Assembly: GCA_021432655.1 (NCBI GenBank)
Contig: MU271435.1
Location: 13,414 to 66,198, forward strand
DNA length: 52,785 nt
From: Atractiella rhizophila
Lineage: Eukaryota
Reading direction: 5' to 3'
The translations under genes were made by a program, and so were the position numbers. The notes beneath the pieces are model-generated. The model made no database searches. It was not told where the DNA came from and saw only the letters and a list, made by a program, of their open reading frames with translations. Position 1 is the first letter of the stretch; each line of letters starts with the position of its first letter. Positions 25,900-36,045 of this stretch are shown one piece after another.

Positions 25900-28106
25900 A
25901 CATTCTAAAACAAGGCCCCCTCTGTTCCACCTCTTCCTATGCTATCTATATCTTCAATGTCTTGAGATAGACTAGTTTCATCCCAAATCGCATTAATACC
26001 ATCATCCATAAGAAGAGCTTGACCGTCCGAGACACAGAAAACTACTCTGGCCAGGCTATCAATCTCACTTTTGTCGCCGGAGACGGGTTCATGTTGATCA
26101 CCACTGATGTGGTGTCCAGCGGTGTCAACAATTTCGAAGCATGGAAGAGTCTAGTTCGGGATTAAGAGAGAATCATCTGATAGATGCATTTTTCGAAAGC
26201 CCATCAAAGCAGGAATCTCCAATTTCTATGACAGAGTGAGATTCAGAATCTGTCTGGTGTAAGTAAGGGATCATGCTGACCTCAGTAGAAATTTCGAACA
26301 CTTGAGAATGAAACTCTGCTTCACTTTTAGACTAAACATCCTCCGCGATCTTGACACATATCTCGTCAAATATGCTGCCCAGAAATTGTCGATTGTGAGC
26401 TCGGATGGTTGAATATTCTGGGCTTTGCTGCAGTGGAGAACAACAGTCCATGTTCCTGTGGAATGAGGCCGAAAACTGGATGATCATGAGGAGAGACAAT
26501 GGCTTCCACTTCATTGATTTGCTCAGTCGAGACTTGAATCTAGCAGAAAATGTTAGATTCTGCCTATGGTAAAGAGACATGAACTAGGACAATACATACT
26601 GCATAGTCCTCTCCGTTGAACTTGCATGGCTCTCGAGCTATTGCATTTGGGTTGGCGCCTTGAGGGAGTTTCCGATTATGGTCATATCTCTTTGGGTAAT
26701 TGTTGAATAACTGGAACGCAGAGTAGTTCAGCTCTTTTTGAAGGAACAGAACAAACATGTAGCGGAAAACGAGGCTGATTCAAACTCATCACCAACTCAT
26801 ATAAGAGATATCGAAGAAAGAGGACAGACATGTCAAGCTGGGACCTTTTATCATACCAACCTCGGTCCACCCCGTCTTGCATCAAGTTTTCGTAAGTTGG
26901 GCTAAACTGTCGGCGCATCCCAGACCACCACTGTTCTGACTTGATATTCTTCTTGTCGGGACACCACCGATGGACGATGAGTTCAGGCAACTCGGGTTTC
27001 ACCATTCGATGCAGCAGGGTGTGGGCATTAGCAGGGCCATGGTTCTCGTTCCCAAAATCTGACTGAGTAACCCAAGGAGTTCCTGTAAATGGGGCATGAG
27101 ATTAATTTTAATGTGTAAGAAAAAACTAACTATTCCCATTATCTCGTACCGCATCGAGGTAGTACTTGCCAATCAATCGCGGATTTGAGTTCGTCCACTA
27201 AACTCGTGCCCACAGAACTCGTCCAGACCATCCATCCAGTCCAGCATGGAGCCAGATTCCAAATCTAGGCCCCCACTGGACGTAAATCAGTCAGCAGATT
27301 GTAGATTCAGTATAGTAACCCTGATATGCACCTTGTCATGTTGGTCAAATGCCCAATGGTCGTTGAGACCAGTTGCCCAGTATGTGTTACACTTGAATCC
27401 ACTGATGCCATGCCTACGAGCACTCCATCCAGGATCATACTCCTTATTGTATTGGTTCGCAAGTGTGCTTCATTTGCTGAATGATTAGTTTGTTGTCATG
27501 AGAGAACTGATGAGAATGCATACAAGGTTGTTGCAATTCTTTGAAGCTTTAGATGTGCTCTCAAATGACTTTGCCAGCAGTGGGATAACACTTTTTTGAT
27601 GTTGTCGGCAACTGCCTTGAAACTTTCCGCACTTTTGAACTTTCCACCCCTAAAACTTTGACACCCTAAGAGACCTCTCCATTTTTTCATACTACCCAAC
27701 CTGCTCATCGTTTCAGAAAAGAAACAATGTTTTGATTAGAGCTACATAAATAACATGTGTCACTGTCCGTTCACCTTTCTCGCACAAACCACAATTGACT
27801 TTTGCCAGAATCTGCTGTTGGGTTTCTTCAGTCCTACATGCCCCTACAAGGAGTTCTTTAAACGGCAGAGCTTTGTGAATCCAGTTAGCAAGAGCCTGGT
27901 TGAAGAGAGTGGAATCCCTATACAGATTTCCGTGTTGATTGACCATGGTGACATGATAGCCTGATCTTTCTGATACACTCTAACCTGAAATATAAGGGAC
28001 CTGTGAAGCAATACAAACTGCTGCCTCTCCTGCATGGAATCGATTACAATTTGCTGTAACGATAGTTCACGTTCATCTGTTTTTGAAATGGTTTGTTTCT
28101 TCTCAT
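25900..28106 (-). pseudogene. Integrase-core-type DDE transposase, intron-containing, with a nonsense mutation
   Basis: YWATGLNDHWAFDQHDK|WGPRFGIWLHAGLDGWSGRVLWARV*WTNSNPRLIGKYYLDAV, VTQSDFGNENHG.ANAHT, KKNIKSEQWWS, FLQKELN, RKLPQG..P; putative D 27344-27346, D 27057-27059, E 26934-26936; TGG>TAG at 27198-27200; 3' end approximate. Confidence 0.85.
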
Positions 28107-28248
28107 TTTAACGGCTTCTTTAACTACATTGAAATTTCTACGTCTATCCGCTGAGTGTGCTATATAGACACGTCCTTTGCACACTTCCTTTATTTTCACC
28201 TTTTAGAACTAAACCTCAGCATCATTTACACTCCATGAATCCACTCGC

Positions 28249-30686
28249 ATGCCACCACCTCCTCCTGAAATAATTGCCACAGAAGATGAAGGGGGCATGG
28301 GCTTCTGTACAAGTGGTCGAAAAATTGAAGGGCGTGGTTGCCCAGCCAGTCTAACCGCTGTTCCAATCGGTTCAATGAAGGTTGTTTTGAAGCGTACTAA
28401 AGAGGTCGGAACAATCGAATGCCGCGTCTGCCACTCCTGCTTTGCTTACTATGAAAACAAATCAACAGTTTATGCCTTACTGGTGTGTTCTTTTGTTTCT
28501 TAGTTGTATGATTTATCACTAAGAGTTTTCTTCTCACCCCTAGGAGCTCAAACCAATCAGAAAGTAGTGGCTCACAATCACACGAGAGCGGGAGCAGAAT
28601 GGATGGCAGGATAAGCAATAACAGAAGAAATCAGCACACCAGTATGTAATTTGTGTTCATCCAATCCTTAATTTCTCCCACTATCACCATCCTTTGAAGC
28701 CGGATGTACTTTTACTTCTGCTAAAGTTTCAGTGGCTGCATGTGCCGAAACTTGCAATGCGTTCCCGATTTATTTTGTTATTCCATGACAGCATCTCAAG
28801 GTTTGCTTGCATCACACTACTATGTGTCCTCGTCGGAATCTGTGCAGGCTACACTCCTTCCTGTGCCTGAAGTTAAGCCTCTGCGTTCATCGGACTCACT
28901 TCATTTTGCTGGAGCTTTGTCGAAGATTGCTCAGGAAAATTTTGCAAGGAGGACTGCTGGTTTGTTTTCTCTTCATTTCTTTCTTACATCCAGTGCCAAC
29001 AGATTGCACAACCTACAGGACTTGTGGCTGTCCAATCTCGACATGCCATTCCATCACACATCAGCACTCAGTTTTCTGTCCAAACCTCCGGTACTCGTTC
29101 TGTTCACTCCCATGTCCATGTGAACCGAGAGACAGTTAAAAGAAAGAAGGCCAGAAATGCCAATACCCTCTACCCAACACCTGCACATTGGCTGTACTCC
29201 CTTCAAGTTGCCGTTCAACATCGCACCGGGAAGTCTCTCACCTGGGCTACCACAGCTCAGCTATTGATATTGACGTACCGAATGACTCTGGCGATCTGAA
29301 GCCATCTGAAATTTTTGATGAGGTTTTCGAGCTCTCCAGGAAATCTGGCCATATTCTGCCTCCCCACTGATCTGATCCCAGTTGGAACTTCGCACAACAG
29401 ACAAACAAGACGTCTTCACCAAGATCAAACAGCTTATGGACCTTGCTCCAAGACGACTGCTGGTCCTAAGGATGGTGTTGCAATTGAGTTGTTTCTCATC
29501 ATGAGTTTGCAAAGTTGGGAAAATGTAACAGAGGGAAAGGATATGGACGATGATGACAGCCCTTGTAAACCTGGAAAGCGTTCGAGGATCAGCTTTCCAG
29601 ATCACAGTAGCATGGCTATCGAAGACAGCAGAACCGAATACCTTACCCACCAATCTGGCATCAACTCCGCTGCGCAATCCAGTCAACCTGTTTCATTTCG
29701 ATCCCTTTATTCCTTGCCACTCACCACTAGTCAGGCAGCTCCTCCAATTTCTCATTCTCATTCTTTTGATCATGCCAACACTGTCTTTTCTGCCTCCTCT
29801 TCTCCGCTCCCGGATACATCTAATATTTGCACTTCATTGACACCATTATTTGGAGCTGAGGAGCGACTGACGTTCAGGCATCCCCAACATTCCTCGATTA
29901 TGCAGTACCTCTCACCGAAAATGACTACATCAGTCCAGTCTTGAACCTTCAACCACAGCTTCATCAAGCAGTTAACTCGAATGGCACACATCAGCCAGCG
30001 TTCACTTCACCTTGTTGCCTCTTGATGTAGAAGTCACATGTCTTCTCCCTCTCCCTCTTGTACAGCTCGTCGAATTTGCTTTGCAATCTGGCGAACCATC
30101 TCTCCACAATCTTCCTTCTATCGAATCCCACGGCCGTTTGGTAGTTTTTCACAATCATGAACTGGGTCGGGGGACGTTTCGAGTAGCATATCGAGGTGTC
30201 TTTACGTTTGAGAGAGATGGAAAAAGTTTGGAAAGTTGATGTTGTGGTGAAGAAGATGTAGTGGAGGATGACTCTGGTAACACTTGAGCCCTGCCACCTA
30301 CTGAAGAACGAGAGCGAATCATTGCGGATGCTGTCAATCTCCATTGGGCAGATTCTCTCCTAGAAAAAAGCCAGAACTATTTCAAAATGGCTGCTCAGGA
30401 ATGCTCTCCACCGCTTGACCTTCAGGAGGTTGCAACCTTTTCATTTGTCAAAGGAGCGATTATTCTCATGTTTCACCTCTTTATTCTCAATCTAATACAG
30501 TACAATAGGAAACGCTTCGGTGTTGGGAACCTGCCTAAGACAGCTGAACAGTTTCTCGAACAGCATAAGTGTTCAAGCAATCCCTATTGCAATGGTTTGG
30601 GAATGCTGGATCGACTGGCGATTACATGCAGCAACTGCGGCTGTGCGGTTGGCTTTTGTTATATTCTGCTCTCGTATTTAGTATGA
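28249..30686 (+). pseudogene. Alpha-kinase (eEF2K/MHCK-type atypical kinase) gene with Cys-rich N-terminus, decayed
   Basis: ELGRGTFRVAYRG (~30159-30197), VVVKK, and the C-terminal signature FGVGNL....QFLEQHKC..NPYCNGLG (30516-30602); N-terminal CTSG...GC...ECRVCHSC; central catalytic part appears deleted; stops present. Confidence 0.72.
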
Positions 30687-30699
30687 GGCTTTGTTGTAC

Positions 30700-31660
30700 T
30701 AAGAAGAGATGCACCTGCAGGTCATTACATTTTAGCAATTTGAGGGTCGCTGGAATATCAACTTGACCTAACAGCATCAAGTCGGATACAAAGGAGGCGA
30801 AGAACACAAGTACTTAAGTCAACATTGGTTCGGATTGTCCCTTCCAACATATCAGCCAGCTTATGCTTGTGGTTTTCAGGAGCTTCCGTAGTAGCCTTTA
30901 AACATGTTCATCATCTTTAATATCGAAAATGAAGGATCAGATGACAGACCTGATGCGAGATTAAGCTAAACCAGAGGTCATTACAGAGCCGTGCGACCTC
31001 TGCACGTGTGACTTCCATCACAAGTTTGAGGGGGCATATGATGCTCTCCATCTTGGCAAGTTGTGTGAAATTAGCGAGGAGGGAGAGAAGGTATTCAATG
31101 TTTCCGGTTTCACTCCAATTGCTCAGTACGAGCTTCCAGGGATGACTGCCAACAAGATCTTGAAACCACCATCCACAGTTGTTGTGAGAGGCATCTGGTG
31201 GGAACTCCGCTTGTTCCAGAGCATATCGAAGGGCTGTGGCCCTCTGGCTGAGTTCTTGCATTGGGAAACCTTCATGCCTGTCTTCCACCAAGCGAAAGAA
31301 TGATTTGGTAAGTGATGGATAGAATTCTAAGACCTCAGGGAGTACTATTGATGAGGTGATGGCGGCTTATATGCTTACAGGCTAATTCGGCTACTGCAGC
31401 TTGAGGGTTGGTATTTTAGTAAGAGACAGCAAAGGAGAACAGGCATACTGGTTGGCTTGACCATGACCTGTGTCACTCGATTTAGAATGGGAGGAGGCGA
31501 GGATAATGGCAAATTTGCAGGAGTATCGTCAATAATATCATCAATCACTGGGGGTACGGAGGGTACTGATCTCGTGCTGTATTCCTCCCAGCTAACGTCA
31601 GCAATGAAGTCCTTATCTTCAATTTGGTCCAATACTATCACAACTACACTTGTTTGCACG
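30700..31660 (-). pseudogene. Unrecognised gene remnant inside the DNA transposon, convergent with the alpha-kinase
   Basis: ORFs 31375-31659 and 30917-31291 with protein-like composition (LSQRATALRYALEQAEFP...WFQDLVGSHPWKL). Confidence 0.4.
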
Positions 31661-32049
31661 GCATAGAGTGAGAATCTTTGTTATTTCTGCACAAAGTCGG
31701 ACTCAATTTTGTTTCAGGTCATACGAAGGCATGTGAGTGCCCGCAAATAACATGGAGAGCAATTGAGCACGACTCTGATTGCTCTCCCTTTTAGTTTTCT
31801 TTGTCTTTTGGCTTATACCCGTGCTCTGCTGCTAATCAAAGAGTTTTTTCAGTCCTTCTGTAGCAGAGTATACAATGCTTAGAAATAAATATAAATCCAA
31901 TTCCAGATCCTTGAGTACACATTACACTCATTCTAGTTCCAAGCGAACTTCTACTTCCCCTCACCGAAGCATATGCTGCTGTTTCCGATGCTCTCCACAC
32001 CTGCACACTGTGATTATGGGAGAGTCTCTATATTATTGCATTCTATGTT

Positions 32050-33450
32050 CAATTATCCAATTGTAAATACTATCGAACTCTGGAATCACATGATGAACAA
32101 CAAATCTGTGTCGATTGGATGACAAGCCAAAAGCTGAGGTTTCTGACTATAATTCTCCTTGAGTTCCTCCGTGATTGTTTTAAGCAATTGCGAGTAGCTC
32201 TGTTGGGGATACTTGGTCAAACTGCATGAATGCTTAACTGTTCCCCCGTTGAGCGTCGTGAGAAAGAATGAGCTGTGCGAACGCGAACCTCATAGATCCA
32301 GTAGCCTCTCCTTGAACCTGGTATCTGCGCTAGTCTGATCGTCCCTGCAACCGCTGAACATGATCACCTTTCACACCTGTCAACCACAGCTTTCGTTTAG
32401 GGGGGGGGGACATGCCTCAGCAAGAGAAGTATTGTTTTTGATTGTTACCTCGTGCCCTGTATCCGCCTTCTCTGCCATCTGGGTAATCTACTTCGTAGTC
32501 TCTAAAGCCCCTCTTCGTCACCAGCAAGATAGCTCTTTAGAGCCTCCATGGCTCCACCTCCTGTTTGATCCAGGACACGACCGTAGGGTTTTTTGATCTT
32601 GCCCTCAGTAGCATACATATACAGTAGGTTGAGGCAGAACCAGAGTGACAGCAGTCGAAGAGCCTGCTAGAATCTTAAGCAGGTTGGCCTGGGAACATAT
32701 TTAGGACGATGCATTCGCAGTAAGACGACATCCAGCAGGAAGTAGTCTAACAAGCAGGTCGTGAATCATGTCGTCGACGATTGCCCCTCTTCGATGGAGT
32801 CAACAGGACAAATGGTCTCATCAGCACCTGAGACCAGAATCGTGAGGCTACGGTCTATCACGTTAGAATGAGATGAGAACGAACCATCCTGCTAGTCACC
32901 GTCCCCTGCGCCACCACCCTCGCCGAGAACTTGACCTCCATGCCCAGAATAATGAAATACCAGACTGTCGTTCCGCTGAGCAGCTGCAACCAACAACCAA
33001 CAACAAAATAAACGAAAGCCCAAGAGGGGCCAAAAACAGGTTCAAAACCAAGAAAAAAACCTCTCCAAGAAGGCCAAAAATTCCCTCCGCCAAGGGTTAA
33101 CCAAGAAGAACAAAAAGGCAACCGCCTTCAAAACCGAACCCAAAAACAAAAAACCAAACCCCCCAAAAGTAAAAAACAGCCGAAGCCCCAAAATAAACAA
33201 ACCTTTCAAGGTTTCGGCATCATTCCAACATCCGCACAACTCAGCCTTTGTTCCCACATAGTCAGTGCTAGCGCAAACTGCCTGGCATCTCCTTCACCGT
33301 CTATCCCAATCAACCCACTGCTCATCGATCCAGGTCCACTACTTCTCACTTCCTCTTCTTCAATCTCGACAACGATCTGTTCGGCGCGGCACATCGATTC
33401 CTCCGCGCTAGTTACAGATGGCAGTAAGTAGCTCCCATTCATCATTCTCA
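32050..33450 (-). pseudogene. Possible further gene remnant near the right TIR
   Basis: Coding-like pieces (AEQIVVEIEEEE...ARQFALALTMWEQRL; VVSWIKQEVEPW...RDYEVDYPDG) interrupted by an A/C-rich patch. Confidence 0.3.
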
Positions 33451-33642
33451 GTCGATGTGATGGGAGCGACGGCAGATGGCGGAGGCAAGGAGATTGTCGT
33501 AAGTTTTGAGGTTGATGGATAGCTTTAGAGTGGTCCTGGCTGAGAGGGCAGAGGCAAGGCAAGCGAAAAGCTGGTGAAACCCCGGCTGAATCTTTGGTTG
33601 AGCAGTGGCTGTCAGATCAGCATAGCCCTATGTCCCTTTATA

Positions 33643-34445
33643 ACCTTCAGTTTCTGTCCTGTCATACAGATTCAGTTAACGTGGTCATGCATGGATCTGC
33701 CCTTAGCGTAGCGGGAAGTGTAAAGCTCCTGACAAAGAAGTACTCGTGCCTGACGATCTTGAGTTGGCACAGCTCCTTGAGCTTGTCCCAGACTTCTTTT
33801 GGCTTTTCAATGTCGATCTCTCGGATGTTGGTGAGTACATGATCTTTACAGGCATCGATGATGATTGAGTACACTAGGTTCGCTCACCTTGGCCAATCCT
33901 TCTGCATTGCCACCACCTTAGCGACATCCTCCGCCTTTGCAACCCTTCCACAATGGCAACAGGTTTGACATCCATTCCAGCAAGATCCCCATCAATTCTT
34001 GTCAAGCAGCTTCGCCTTGACATGGAAGTACCAGAAATGGTAGTTCTCCCGTCCCTCGAGTTTTGGGATAGTCGAAGAAGTAATGATGGAGGTGTCATGG
34101 CTTTCTGACATTCTGGACTGACAAGGTGGTAGGGATTTGGCTAGATGAGAACAAGCTCGTGCTACCAATTGATTGAGATTACGAGTGCGTAGCACGTACG
34201 AGACTGCAAGGGGTGAGACCAAAATAAGCAGTATTAATATTGTAGTATATACGTGATAAATCAAATACATTACCTGCAAGGTGTGAGACCAAAATAAGTG
34301 GTGGGTCTCACAATTGCAGGGCAATTCTTCTTATAGCAAAGAGAGCTGAATAATAAGAAAGTGCAAGCAACAGTGAAAGAAAGGCTTAAGGCATACCAAA
34401 CGTGATGGAAGGAGGAGGTGCAAGTGCTCCTGTGGCCCCATCAAC
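33643..34445 (-). mobile_element. Ty1/copia element, 5' portion: LTR (34170-34445), PBS and gag N-terminus
   Basis: PBS tggtagcacgag (34156-34167, minus); IPKLEGRENYHFW; PKEVWDKLKELC; joins 24540 in frame across the ACCTTC TSD. Confidence 0.85.
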
Positions 34446-35676
34446 CATGATCCGGTGAAAACTAAAATGCTCAATTATTTCCTGACAACCTCTTGAGGGA
34501 TATTAAAAACCTTTGTTATCAACATAATATTGTAATAAACCTCAAAAGAGGTTTATGGGCATTGCCCCAAGAGATTTCTTAAATAATATGTTATTAACCT
34601 TAATTTACTAGTAAAAAACCAATTTGCTTGTAAAAAAAAAGCTCTTATGAAGTTACGAGCGACCTGTAAGTCTCAAAATCTTATGTTATTCAATGGTAGC
34701 AAATCGTAAATTAGGGAATCTTTCATATAAACATGTTCTCCGCCTCCTTCTGTTTGTCCCATCCAACATTATCTGCCTTCTTCTCCACCTTCAACGATCC
34801 TTTCATCGCCTTCCTCTCGTCCTTTGCATCTCCTTTCATGAATTTCACGAGTTCCTCATTCCCCAAATCCACCAACTTCTCCACCTCCCACTCCAATTGA
34901 GTTGCTCTGGAATGCTTTTCAAAGCATTGTCCTCCTCAGTTGGCTCTAGCTCCTTCTCGATCCGCTCAAGAACACTCAAATCTTTCTCATCCTTCTCCAA
35001 ATGCTTTCTAGTGACAACTGGCATTCTTTTCATACTGCTTTTGCCGGATCTCACTTAATCTCTGTTAGGGCTGACACTATGTGCAGTCGCCGATGGGCGA
35101 TACGTCTGTAGTGGAGATAAACCTAAGGGCATGATATGACATGAAGACTAACCTGTAGTGGAGATAAACCTAAGAGAATACTCTGAGGTCACCTCCACTA
35201 CTCTCTGATCTATGTATACAAGCGGAATAACACTGCCACAGAGTGTAGAGGAGAGCAGATGAAACATGTAAGAGAACTAAAAGGGGGAAGTGACAGTGGG
35301 ATTACGCGGAGTTAATAAGAGGAGAATAGACACAAATGGGCTAAGTGGTGATGCAGGCGCAAATGGGCGAATGGGAGACGCAGAGTGGCGACCGGAGGTG
35401 CAGAGTGGTGACGGGAGAACGGGCGCCGATTTGCATAAGATGCAAACCTGACAATACCCCCCAGTTTCTGTGGTGCTTGCTGCAGGCAGAAACTTCTGCT
35501 TCGTGAAGTTTGCCAATTTACAAAAATGCCGAAAGTGCCAGCTGCTTCTCGAACAGAGATGAAGATGTCGGAGTAAAGAGACATTGTATACCTCGTAATT
35601 TGAGGAATTTTTTCGAAGTTGACCAAGTGTTGTTTTTTGGTGTAATAAGTGCCCATCCTGCGAAAACGGGCTGGAC

Positions 35677-36045
35677 AACTCACCAACAAACTGGTCGCCG
35701 ATCTGTCCGTTGAGGAACAGACCGGCGCCTCGCCTAGACCTATGTTCAACAATGTGACTAGGGATTCACCCAGCGAGGCGTGTAGAGGAGTAGGACCTCT
35801 TAAAGTGAGGGAGGGGACCTCACGATTGTGGGCAATTTTCGTAAATGCGACATTGGTGATGGTGCGAGAACGCAATAAGCATTCTTCTTTGACGGGCGAC
35901 GAATGGACTCACCAACGACCAAGTCGCCGACTTGTCCGTTGAGGAACAAGTCGGCGCCTTCCCTTGACCTAAGTATCAAAGACTAGGATTTCACCCGGCA
36001 AGGCATATAGGGGTATTGGACCACTTAAAGTGAGGAAGACCCTTC
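35677..36045. repeat. Diverged direct repeat (period ~230 bp) in the 3' region of chromovirus B; also present in copy A
   Basis: actcaccaac......gtcgccga..tgtccgttgaggaaca...cggcgcct near 35678 and 35907; gactagg.attt/ccaccc and ggacc.cttaaagtgagg also repeated. Confidence 0.75.

Larger units (their letters stand above)
24541..33642. mobile_element. 9.1-kb TIR DNA transposon, IS3EU-like, with multiple cargo genes
   Basis: TIRs tatggagggacgtagggctacgctg (24541-24565) and cagcatagccctatgtccctttata (33618-33642), 21/25 identical with all differences transitions; 6-bp TSD ACCTTC at 24535-24540 and 33643-33648; removing it restores copia gag (QKLKV|MGDKTDDEDM). Confidence 0.9.

Noticed and set aside
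31754..31787. Hairpin as a Helitron 3' end
   Set aside because: No CTRR terminus at the expected distance and no Rep/helicase remnant.
35108..35175. Repeated ctgtagtggagataaacctaag units resembling a CRISPR array
   Set aside because: Two-copy internal repeat of family Y LTRs in a eukaryotic genome; no variable spacers or cas genes.
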